Origin: Octopus sinensis
Taxonomy: Eukaryota
Direction: 5' to 3'
Length of the DNA stretch: 64,000 bases
Assembly: GCF_006345805.1 (NCBI RefSeq)
Contig: NC_042998.1
Location: forward strand, 93,620,001 to 93,684,000
The notes under the pieces were generated by a model. It was not told where the DNA came from and ran no database searches. It saw only the letters and a program-made list of their open reading frames with translations. Numbering within the stretch: the stretch's first letter is position 1; every line of letters starts with the position of its first letter. Both the position numbers and the translations under genes were made by a program. Shown here one piece after another: positions 26,642 to 38,076 of this stretch.

Positions 26642-26679
26642 GATACCTGATGAAGGCTGGAGGGTATATCAGCCGAAAC
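26642..26679 (+). ncRNA. Hammerhead core lacking its cleavage site (right arm)
   Basis: CTGATGA-A-GGCTG-GAGGGTATAT-CAGCC-GAAAC joined directly to AAGATGAGG. Confidence 0.7.
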
Positions 26680-26981
26680 AAGATGAGGACAAATATCCGT
26701 CAAATGTAAATAATGTACATAATTCCTCATCTCTTAAATATAGAACTGTATTATTAAAGTGTAACACGCCGTTAATGTCCAGTAGTACAATCGGTGTGAT
26801 GATTGCCTAAATGGTGACCACCCTGGGACTATTTCTGTGGTGGTGGCGTAACGTAAAGGTAGGCATAGCATTGGTTAGTCATTTTTTATTACCAACTTTT
26901 ATGTTCCCATTAGTTGTTTTGTATGTATGCGCGCGCACACACAGATACAGTCATATACATACATAAATATACATACATACA

Positions 26982-27080
<99 letters not shown>

Positions 27081-27169
27081 AGATTTGTAAAATCTATCTC
27101 TCTGTTTCTCTCTCTCTACTATATATATAAATGTGTGTGTATGTGTGTGTGTGTGGCCGCTCAAATATA

Positions 27170-27450
27170 CAACAAAGTTGACATGGTCCGCAGAATGTGT
27201 TCCTAGATTCTCAGAACTTTCCAGTCGAGAGAATTCCACACCATTATCCTTCTCTTCTCTACCTTTGCCCGGCTCCACCTGGAATACTGTTGTCTACAGT
27301 GGTCTCTCCACACGAAACAAAGCATCATGAAAATTGAAGCACCTCAAAGGTCAATTACAAAAAAGATGGATGGCATGAAATGCCTTGACTATTGGGGTCG
27401 TGTAGAAAAGCTCAAGCTTTATTCTTTCCAACGCCGCTGCGAGCGCTACG
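27170..27450 (+). mobile_element. CR1-type LINE RT C-terminal remnant
   Basis: FARLHLEYCCLQWSPH..., KIEAPQRSITKKMDGMKCLDYWGRVEKLKLYSFQRRCERY. Confidence 0.75.
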
Positions 27451-28201
27451 TGTATTTGCAAGCTGATTTAATTTCTCCTATCACTGACTTCAAGTATGTA
27501 ATTGCAGCCAATAAATCGGGCTCCTTTTATTGAGTTCATTTATTTTCGTTCAACGTCTGGTGATTGTCATAGAGGTGCCCAATGTCAAAAAATATCACTC
27601 GTAGCAGACGTTCTCTCAAACATCGCTCACGCGTGCCTGAAATTACAGTCCGAGTTGTTATCTATAATCGTAAAAATTAAAAGTAATTCAAATTCAATGT
27701 TTTCTTGAAACAATAAATTTCTATGGAGATTAGGATTTAAATTCCAATCTATGAAAAGTTTCCGTTCTACAATATTCTTAGAGGAACGACAAATAATCCA
27801 GCAGCTCGGGCTAATACGAACGAGCCTGATAGATGTAAAAGACTAACTGACATCTCTTGTCAAGAGTACAGGCGACAGTCAGATCGTTGATGTTCGTTGT
27901 GCACTTCGCTGTCGCTATTTGATTGCTGTTATTCTGTGCGTCTGTGTGTAAAGATCAGTTGTGTTTGTAGCGTTGCTTTATTTTTACTCTTACCTTGGAA
28001 ATGGAGAAAGACAGATTGCTAGATATAAAAAAAATAAGCTATTTGGGGCTAGAAATAAAGCGGAAAAACAGGAAATTCTATCAGGCATGTGTCTTATGCG
28101 AAATCGGTGATGAGCCCGAGTGACGAAATTTGTGATGAGCTCGAGTGACGCTGATGACCTAAGCGGTGGGGGACAAAGGCACACATACATACATACATAC
28201 A

Positions 28202-28232
<31 letters not shown>

Positions 28233-28267
28233 TAGAATATATATATTTATACATACATATATATATA

Positions 28268-28344
<77 letters not shown>

Positions 28345-28782
28345 CACACAGATATATACGTGTGTGTGTGTGTGTGTGTGAACTACGAAATGCCTGTTTT
28401 TATGTAACAAAGGGCTGGATACCAGGAAATACGATTTTCTCACGTCGAGAGAACAAATATGTTAGGAATCCCATCCCTTCTGTACACCTGGATTCACCAT
28501 GAAACTGAAAGACTTCCTGCTCCTACTTGGTACGCCACCTACACCCCATTTGTTGATTGATTGAATATCTGAGTTTTTCCCATACTGTGCCCAGTAAGTG
28601 CATGCCTCTGGCTTCGGTTGCAAAACTGTCCTAACTCATTTGCTCCATCAAGGCTGAGGTGAGGAAGTACTGGTGATAGCATTGTTTATGATAAGAACAT
28701 TATACACATTACCATGGTCGTGTTCGTTACGCGCGCGCGCACGCGTATGTGTATGTGTGTGTGTGTGTGTGTGTATGTGTGT

Positions 28783-29183
28783 CTTTTATCCTTTATTTGT
28801 TCCAGTCATTAGACTGCAGCCATGCTTGGGCACTTTAGCCCAACGAATTGTCGATTGCAGTACTTCATTCTTAAGCCTGGTACTTGTTCTATCAGTATCT
28901 TTTTGTCGACCCGCTAAGTTACAGGGATGTAAATACACCAACATAAGCGGTGGGGGACAAACACAGACACAAAGACACAAATTGATACATACATACATAC
29001 ATGCATACATACAAATATATATATAGGCGAGGCTATGTGGTAGGAAGCATACTTACCAACCACATGGTTCCGGGTTCAGTCCCACTGCGTGGCACCTTTG
29101 GCAAGTGTCTTCTACTATAGCCTCGGGGCGACCAGAGCCTTGTGAGTGAACTTGGTAGACGGAAACTGAAAGAAGCCTGTCGT
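28783..29183. mobile_element. SINE family A halves in opposite orientation: 3' half (-) 28783-28980, 5' half (+) 29026-29183
   Basis: Alignment to 17565-17982. Confidence 0.8.
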
Positions 29184-29639
29184 ATATATATGCGAAATAG
29201 ATGAAACAAGGACAACTGAAGAAGGGGAATATTCCATGTGTTGTATGTCTTGTTTCTCTGCTTTTTTCGTTGTTTGAAAAAAGTTCCTTTCCATGTTTTT
29301 GTTTTTATCTTCGTTTCTCATTGTGTTCAACGTTTTTTTTATGTCCTGTACGTCACTGACTTCACAATTTGTGTATTCATAACTTATTGGGAATTCCTAA
29401 AAATAAGATCCTGTATAAGACAGTTCGGTATTCTCTGCAAATGCACAAAACCGTTTTAAGGGCTACATACTTTGTATTGTTGTTATTAGAGTAGCGAGAC
29501 AATTATGAGAAGGGAACCAAGGGGTAAACCCCGCTTTCCCAGGAATCACTGGGTACGTCATCTAGTATATATATATATATATATATATTGATAATAACAA
29601 CAACAAAAATATATTTTGTAGCAAGTAATAATAGCTTTT

Positions 29640-30382
29640 AATAGCTAGAGAATAAAAGTACTTAACACACATCTACTTACACTTTCCAACAAAATTGACG
29701 AACTTCTCCATCAAACCCAGGATACCTCAGAAAACAACCCTTATCAACAACTTTCGGATAAGATTGGTGTAAACCTAAATGAAATTAGCACTACACTGAA
29801 AACTTTACTTACCAACTTAACATCGAAGGAACCTCAGACACCACCCAATAGACCGAATGAACACACTTCAACTCCAGCACAGCACATTAAAAACCACATC
29901 AACACTACCTGGACCAAGAAACTACACAACAGAAAATTTTTCTTCTGGAACATGCTTAAAACCACAACAAAGCTGAAATTTACGACGAATGGTTGAACTC
30001 TTCCCCTATCATACTACTCCGAAAATTCCAAATTAAACACATCCCAGACGAACCTGAACAACAACGCTCCCTAAGAGAAAAACTATCAATGGATAGAATG
30101 AAAACTGAAGTAGAACTTTTAAAACTCAGAGCAAAAAACCACGAACAAAAATACACAAAAATAGACGATGAGATGCTTTTGGAACTTACCTCACACACCA
30201 ATGAACAGCCCCTCGAACATGTCATTAAACTATGGAAAGATGAATGTGAAAAGGAAGAACGAACTTCCCTTAAACGCTGGGAAAACAACAAAGATTTCTT
30301 CCACAATTATGAAACACAATTCATATCAAACGACAAATCCAAAAACCCATTCATAAAAAGATCCACAACACATACTCCCACT
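29640..30382 (+). mobile_element. Unclassified C/A-rich coding-like element (helical/coiled-coil ORF remnant), interrupted by a LINE and apparently resuming at ~32666-32860
   Basis: Open frames ...TWTKKLHNRKFFFWN and RKFQIKHIPDEPEQQRSLREKLSMDRMKTEVELLKLR...; same compositional bias after the LINE; no catalytic motif seen. Confidence 0.4.
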
Positions 30383-32665
30383 GTTACCCTCTCCCGCTAT
30401 CCAAGATCAGTTTCAGGCTTATCTGTGTGCGCCCCTCTTGCCAAGAGTGATCACGCGGTCCTGAAGTTCGACATGCACACAACTTTTTCTACGCCCACAA
30501 CTACTTCTCTGCCACGTAGAATCTTCTCTGCAATCAATCTTGAAATTCTAACCGAGGCTTCCGCGCTTCTGGACTGGCGATCCCTGATGACGATGTCCTC
30601 AGTTGACGAACTATGGTCGTCCCTCAAAGCATATGTAATCTGGTTGACTGACCAAGCAGTTCCCGTTGGGCTTCCCAAGAAGAAGAAACACAAGCCCTGG
30701 GTGACGAAGAAGGTTAAACGAGAACTTCGCCCCAGAGATATTGCTTGGGCTGAATTCAAAAATTTAGATTCGACTGCAGCTTTTGAGGTGTACAAAACTC
30801 AACGAGACCGAGCCGTGAAAATTGAAAAGGAAGAACGCTTCAGATATGAATACAGAATCGCGACAAACGCCAGTCACAATCCAAAAACCTTCTTTGCCCA
30901 TGTCCAACGGAATTCCCGCTTGAACAACCAAATTACGACGTTGGTAGACTCAACAGGCGTATCGATTGAGGACCCTTATCAGCAGAGTCAGTTATTTGCC
31001 GAGGCTTTTTCAACTATTTTCAAACGAAATGATGGTCGTGAACCCCCTCCATTTGATAGATCGGTACCTCCAATGCCTAGATTGGTAATCACTCGGGACG
31101 AAGTCGAACGCGTTATTCAAGGCCTCGATGTCAACAAGGGTCACGGTCCTGACGGCATACACCCACAGGTTATCAACGCGTTGGCTCCGGTCATCTGCGA
31201 ACCTTTAACACTTCTATTTAATGTCATTGGCGACGGGTGTTATACCTGCGGACTGGAGAACAGCGATAATCTGCCCAATTTTCAAGAAAGGGAGCCGCGA
31301 AGACCCGCTTAACTACCGACCGGTTTCCCTTACTTCAATAATCAGCAAGGTGTTCGAAACCATCCTTAAGAAAAGTATGTTGCTTCACCTCCAAATCACA
31401 GCCTCTATCTCTGATTCTCAACACGGCTTCGTGCCGAAGAGATCATGCTTGACCAACTTGCTGGTAATGGAAGAATTGGTGACGCGTATCCTGGATGATG
31501 GTGATGCTGTTGACATCGTTTTATTGGACTTTGCCAAAGCTTTTGACTCGGTTAACCACCGCCTATTACTTGTCAAGCTTCAAGCATATAATTTCTATCC
31601 AGATATTGTACGATTGGTTGGTGCTTTCCTTTCAGATCGCTCCTTCCAAGTCCAAGTTAATGGTTCGCTGTCCGACGTCTCCAGTGCGAGCAGTGGCGTG
31701 CCTCAAGGTTCAGTGCTTGGGCCCTTATTGTTTTTAGTCTTCATAAATGACTTGCCCGACGACCTCACGCAATACACCCTTCTATTTGCCGATGATGTCA
31801 AACTGGTCGCTCCTCCCGGTGATATAGATGATCTTCGTCGATGCCTCCACCAAGTTTGGAGATGTTCTAACGTATGGGACCTGTGTCTGAACGTGTCAAA
31901 GTGCTGTCATCTGCCTGTTGGCTCTCCTCCTGCAACTCAACTTGATTTCGAGCCGGGTCGTCTGCTGCTGGAGAGGACCGAATAGGTAAAGGACCTGGGT
32001 ATCTTGGTGGATTCTTCCTTTTCGCCTTCGGCCCAGTGTGTCCATGCTGCCAACAAAGCACGCAGAGTTCTGTTTTTGATTCGATGGTCATTCGGAATGC
32101 TCACAGCAGCCATATTCCTACCGCTCTATATCACGCTGGTGAGACCCATATTGGAGTACGGGATTCAAGCCTCTTCTCCTTATCTCCTCGAAGACATATA
32201 TCATCTCGAAAGAGTCCAGAAGCTGGCTACCCGCATGGTTCTTGGTCTCAAGAATTTGTCCTATGAAGAAAGGCTGAAGACGCTCGACCATTATTCTCTA
32301 GAAAAACGACGATGCCGTGGTGATCTCATTCTTGCTCACAACATAAGCGGAAAGTGTAACCTCTCGAAAGAGCTGTTCTTCACTCCTGCTCCAGAGCGTC
32401 GGCTGCGGGGTCACTCCGAAAAGCTCTATCTATGACGATTTCATCTCAATCGAAGGAGAGGGGCTTTCTCCGTCCGGGTTGCGGATCCGTGGAATAAGCT
32501 GCCGGACGAGATAGTGAAGATGCCGACGACCGCTCGGTTCAAAGTCTCTCTTGACCAGAAATGGCCTGAACTCTTTGCATGAACACCCTCCCTGTACATA
32601 ACTCCATGTCCTCCTACATGGCCTTTCTTTTAGCTTTTTGAGCCAAAAAATTAACTTAACTTAAC
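30383..32665 (+). mobile_element. 5'-truncated CR1-type LINE (APE end, linker, RT); pseudogenised
   Basis: PLAKSDH, GPDGIHP, NYRPVSLTS, DFAKAFDSV, GVPQGSVLGPLLF, LFADD; frameshift at ~31220, in-frame stops at 31983 and 32433, stop at 32580; (TTAAC)3 tail. Confidence 0.93.
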
Positions 32666-33111
32666 AAACCACATCTCAAACACACATACTCTTCAAACCC
32701 CCTCCACACAGGACACAACCTCCCCGAACCCTACAAAAGCCCTTTCCTCCCTGAAAAATTTCAAACAAAACCCACCTCAAATCCTTCTAACCCTCATCCT
32801 CCACCGACAAGAAGCATCAAGAACCCCCCATACACTAGGACTTCACACTTACTTCGTTCATTCCACTCTTCGTTCTTTCGTGCCCTCTCTCTCACATTTC
32901 CTGGCCTCCGCTTCAGGCTCACTTTTTCTCCTCTTTCACTTCACTCTGTCCCTTTCATTTTTTTCGCGCCCCTCCTTAATTCTTCTATCCCTGTGCCTCT
33001 ACTGCTCTCTCTTCTCTCCCCACGTGACCGTTGTTCGACTGAAAATATGTATGGTACTTCGACCAATACATATGATCAATTGATTGATCATATGTACTGA
33101 AATTTTTAAAG

Positions 33112-33260
33112 AAGGGTGTTAATCAATTACATCGACTCAGTGCTCAACTGCTACTTGTTTAATCGATCCCGAAAGGATGAAAGTCAAAGTCGACCTCGGC
33201 AGAATTTGAACTCAGAACATAAGGACATATGAAATGCCGCTAGGCATTTGCCCGGCAACT
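33112..33260 (-). mobile_element. SINE family B
   Basis: CCCGAAAGGATGAAAGTCAAAGTCGACCTCGGCAGAATTTGAACTCAG. Confidence 0.75.
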
Positions 33261-34184
33261 GATTTAATACTGCGTACATATTTGTTTTCTCTTGACTTGA
33301 CACACAATAAAGTTTTTCTTTTTTTTTGTAAGGTAGTGGTACAGTAGTGTCTATGTAGCTATTTCCTTTATCGATGTAAGAACATGGATATTAGAAGCAG
33401 ACTGCACGATGATGAGACAACATATAATGAGGTATAAAAGATTCTATTGCCCCCAGAAGCTCGAAAACTCTCAATTTTTTAAAGTTTCAATCTTACCTCA
33501 AAACCATGTATTTATAAAGTTTAAAAGCAATTGAATCGGCTCAGCATACTTTCGGAGTTTCGGTAGTTTGGAAAAGAAAATTCCAGAAACGTAATTTCTG
33601 TTGCATGAAACAAAAGAATACTTAGAACAAAAATGCCCTTTTTCTTTCAGGATAAAGTATGGGACATCAGGACACCTATTCGGAAATGTTGATCATTACT
33701 GATTATTACTTTATTGGCGCTGGATAAAGGTGAAGTAAAAATCAACCGAAGGTATTTTAATCCAGAAGGTAAAAAGGTGCAAGTACCACAAGGAGGCATT
33801 TAGCCCAAAAGTGAAAAGACATGTCCTAGAAGTAAGGGTGTTGATTTGATCATGGCGGCGTATTGTATCCTTGAACACTTCAGTTCACGTTACCCATTAC
33901 ACTTAGCTAACAATGTGTACCAGTAGTGCCTGTGGGGTTACCCTGCGATGGATTGGTGTCCAGTTCAAGATGAAGTCTTGCACATTCCGCCAAGACGCTT
34001 TGAAAATCCGGATAAATTTCGATCTTATGAGCCAGTAGGCTAGAGGATAAAATGAAGAAGGAAACATTTATGCTAGGACACTTTGCCATTGTTGTTCTAC
34101 TCTCTTCGCCCGTAATAATTTGCTATCTAGAAGGTATTATATTTTATAAAACAATTCAGCCTGTTTTGAGATTTTGATGAATAT

Positions 34185-34312
34185 GAGACCGATAGAATAA
34201 GTACTAGGCTTACAAAGAATAAGTCCTGGGGTCGATTTGCTCAACTAAAAGGCGGTGCTCCAGCATGGCCACAGTCAAATGACTGGAACAAGTAAAAGCA
34301 TAAAGAGTAAAG
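34185..34312 (+). mobile_element. SINE family A, 3' fragment
   Basis: Near-identical to 17865-17982. Confidence 0.85.
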
Positions 34313-34395
34313 AGTATGATATGAAGTTAAATGTGAGAGAACCAAAAAGAAGACAGATGTATTTTCAACTTTATTTATTGTTTGTATGTATAAAA

Positions 34396-34690
34396 GGTGA
34401 ATGCTTGTGGCTTAGTGGTTAATTTACTCAACTCACGATCAAAAAGTCGTGATTTCTATTCCCGGCGGCGGGTTGTAGCTTTGATTAAAACACTCTATTT
34501 TCACATTGCTTCATTTCACTCACCTGGCAAAAATGGGCCAGCCTTGTCACATTCTGTGTTACGCCAAATCTCCCTGAGAACTACGTTAATGGTACGCATG
34601 TTTGTGGAGTACTCAGCCACTTGCATGTTAATTTCATAAGCAGACTGATCTATTGATCGAATCAACTGGAACCGATCGAGTGCGAGTTTA
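34396..34690 (+). mobile_element. SINE family C
   Basis: TGGCTTAGTGG head; homologous to 38746-39021. Confidence 0.75.
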
Positions 34691-35381
34691 TGAATAAGAG
34701 GCAAAGTTTATAGGTATGTTGCATTTGGAATGCTTGATGTGACAGTATTTGTACTGGTATATTTTTACGTTTCATCTGAAAATGAAGGTGGGGATGGAGA
34801 GAAGGTGTCTGTCAGAGTGTACGTACAAAAAAAGATGGATGCGTGTTGTACGGATGCTAGGAGTGAAAGGCCCTGCATGAACACGCTGTAAGGACTTCCA
34901 AAAGGTGTCGGTTAAAAAGACAAAGCTCCTGGGGTCGGAGCACACTTGTTTTTTTTAACCTCATATTGTCCTTTTATTGTTTGTTTTGTAATTTGTGTTT
35001 CATCCGTTTTATAATCATTTTTATATAAAATTTTATAACCTCATTCGATGTATATGAATGTTGTATTGTCCCCCTCTATGTTGACCCTTTATGGGCAATA
35101 AAGAAAAGTTGTGACAGTATTTGTACTGGTTTTCATTATAACGTCCATAAAGGTTTGTTCTACATACTTTTAGTGGTTATTTAGCACTTAAATGTGAAAT
35201 ATCATATGACCGACTGTATAATTTTTTTAAAACAGAAACAAGGCGAGAAATTTGAGAAGTGGAAACAGTTGATTAAACTGCTTCGAGTGGCTTGAGTGGT
35301 ACTTTATTTTATCGACCGAAAGATGAAAGGTAAAATTGATCTCAGTGGGATTTGAACTCAGAACGCAAACTGCTGAAACAT

Positions 35382-35543
35382 TGTGAGGTAAGTAGCTTGC
35401 TTACCAACCACATGGTTTCGGATTCAGTCCCACTGCGTGGCACCTTGGGCAAGTGTCTTCTACTATAGCCTCGGGCCGACCAAAGCCTTGTGAGTGGATT
35501 TGGTAGACGGAAACTGAAAGAAGCCCGTCGTATATATATATAA

Positions 35544-35578
<35 letters not shown>

Positions 35579-35776
35579 TGTGTCTGTGTTTGTCCCCAAA
35601 CATCGCTTGACAATGGATGCTGGTGTGTTTATATCCCTGTAACTTAGCGGTCCGGCAATGAGACCGATAGAATAAGTACTAGGCTTACAAAGAATAAGTC
35701 CTGGGGTCGATTTGCTCGACTAAAGGCGTTGCTCCAGCATGGCCGCAGTCAAATGACTGAAACAAGCAAAAGAGTA
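35382..35776 (+). mobile_element. SINE family A, near full length
   Basis: Collinear with 17565-17982. Confidence 0.9.
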
Positions 35777-36196
35777 TAGAAGCTGTTGACCGATGCTCTA
35801 ATGATTCTGGCAATCCGACACTCTACGCCAAGCCACTGCCTTATGCCATCTTACCAGTTACAAATTATCTCTACGTTGTATATGATCAATATTGCTTCGT
35901 TGTGTCATTGCCAATACATTTAATGCTAAATGACGCTGTTCATCTCTCTCTCTAACAATTGGGACCATGTGTTGCTATTCAAAGCTACAATGTCCCACAA
36001 GTCAGTGAGAGATCTGTGTGTTCACTCCACTTGATAGAAGCAACAGTAAAACCTACAAGAAATCATACACTCTCGTCTTACTAACAAGAAATTGGACAAT
36101 GAAGTCTTTGGATATACAAGATAGTGTGGTCATAGCTGGGGATAATTTTGATCACCACAAGTCTATCCAATAAACACTGACCTGTAAATACGCAGG

Positions 36197-36520
36197 CGGT
36201 CCTGGAAAATCCGGGTCCGTAACGATTTGCAACTCTCGAGTCGATCCGTATCCACCATCCGCAGCAGGTCTCCAAAGTGTACAGCCTCTTGTCGATAGCG
36301 CCAATGTAGGTAAGGGAAGTCGGCGAAATGGATCCGTACCTTCGGAAGAAGGATTAGCTCCAAGGACCAGGTCGGTCGAGCTGTATGTGTCGCGTCGCCG
36401 TTCGCTCGGCGTCACGCCGCCGGGCGCCGGAACACGTCTTCACGCGAAGCGGCGGACCGGTACGAGACTGTAGCGTTGGCGTCGGACTCGGCATCTCAGG
36501 CGCCTTTACCGCAACAACAA
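36197..36520 (+). rRNA. 28S: Isolated 28S (LSU) rRNA fragment, pseudogene
   Basis: GAAAATCCGGG, ATCCGCAGCAGGTCTCCAA, ACAGCCTCT, AATGTAGGTAAGGGAAGTCGGC and GGATCCGTA.CTTCGG are conserved eukaryotic LSU segments, followed by a GC-rich expansion segment. Confidence 0.88.
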
Positions 36521-37339
36521 CAGCTTCACCGTCTTTAAGGTTGAATCTTGCGAAGTGTAGAAAAATGAGTTCTAGTTTTGATGTACAAAGATGGAATCTT
36601 TAATAGCTTCTCTGATTTAATTAGATGTTAGACTCATTTCAACTACTTGAAGCCTGAGAGAAATATTAAAATATACGGGATATCATATCTACGTGATCAG
36701 TCCCCTCATAGCCCCTCACTTATATGAATAATTAACAGCGATCACTATAAACGACTTATTCGTGTCTACGTGAATGACTTATTTTTATCTACGCGAATGC
36801 CTATGTGAATAAGTCACCTTCATCGACATGAATGGCTAAACCTGAATTATATGAATGGCTTACTCGCTCTCACTCTCTCTCTCACACACACTGCTTGTTT
36901 ATCTTTATTTTCTTCCTTCTTTCCCTCTCTCACTTTCTCTCTCTATGTGCTCTGTAAATACGCAGTGTCTGTCACAAAGTGTTATTGTTGTTATTGCTGT
37001 TCTCCTTAATGTTGCTGATTCTTATATTATTTCTTGAACAACAAGTATTTGCTTCATTTCAGCCTACCTCCTCCCTCGACCACGAAACCTTTAACTGTTG
37101 TAGTTTGTCTAAACTGACGTGCGACATGATGTCCCTTGTTAAATCAGCCTAGTTTTCGACTATGAACCAGTGAATAGATTCATTATATGAATTAAGAGAA
37201 AACTAAAAGACAAAAAAGGCTTAGTGTGTGTATGCATATGTAGACGCGCATGCATGTGTGTATGTGCGTATGCGTGTGTGTTTACGCACGTTCGTAAATC
37301 TCTACGTGATAATGAACAGAATCTCAGCAGAATCTCATT

Positions 37340-37560
37340 TTTCAGTATTTTCACCCGTTGCTCAACGCAGGACAGGCTTTGCTGGTCATTGCAATCGTGT
37401 TGATCACCAGATCATAGTGGATACTTCCGAACCCTACAAGAAGACGATGACTATTCGACTACGTTGATGTTATTGCCAGAGACACACCACATGACGTTAG
37501 GGACCTAGCAAAACTAGGGAGAAGGTAGAAATACCTGGTGCGGCGTGAAGAAACATATCT
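37340..37560 (+). mobile_element. RTE-like LINE C-terminal remnant
   Basis: VAQRRTGFAGHCNR and VIARDT resemble RTE RRLRFAGHC.R and ..RDTG motifs. Confidence 0.45.
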
Positions 37561-37600
37561 CGGTTGCAGCTGCTCCAAATAGATCATTCATAAACTTCCA

Positions 37601-38066
37601 CAGGAGTGGCTGTGTGGTAAGTTTGCTTCCCAACCTCATCATTCTGGGTTCAGTCCCATTGCGTGGCACCTTGGACAAGTGTCTTTTACTATAGCCTTGG
37701 GCCGACTAAAGCGTTGTGAGTGAATTTAATTGATAGAAACTGAAAAGCCGTCGTGTGTGTTGCTCACAACTCTTGACAACCAGTGTTAGTGTGTTTACGT
37801 CCCCGTAAATTAGCGGTTCGATGAAAAAGGCCGATAGAAAAAGTACCAGGCTTTAAAAAGATAATTGGAATCGATTTATTCAACAAAAATAATTTTTCAA
37901 GGCGGTGCCCTTGCATGGATGTAGTCTAATGAATGAAGCAAGTAAAAAAAATAAAAGAATAAGAATTCACAACACCTTGGGCAAGTGTCTTCTCAAACTT
38001 CGAGCTTCCCTTGTGTGACAATTTGGTTGATGGGAACTGTGTGAAAGCCTGTCGTACGTGTGTATG
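37601..38066 (+). mobile_element. Decayed SINE family A (37601-37960) plus a 5' fragment (37973-38066)
   Basis: Alignment to family A. Confidence 0.75.
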
Positions 38067-38076
38067 CATATATATA

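Larger units (their letters stand above)
26122..26750. mobile_element. Head-to-head palindromic pair of tRNA-headed, HHR-bearing SINE-like elements
   Basis: Arms 26122-26419 and 26432-26715 are reverse complements apart from microsatellite length and an 18-nt deletion; each arm is B box GTTCGATT + (AAT)n + CTGATGA...GAAA. Confidence 0.9.

Noticed and set aside
29212-29250. CTGAAGA-AGGGGAATATTCC hammerhead-like start
   Set aside because: No GAAA after the stem.
36081-36603. GC-rich ORFs on both strands
   Set aside because: They overlap the 28S rRNA fragment and are spurious frames.
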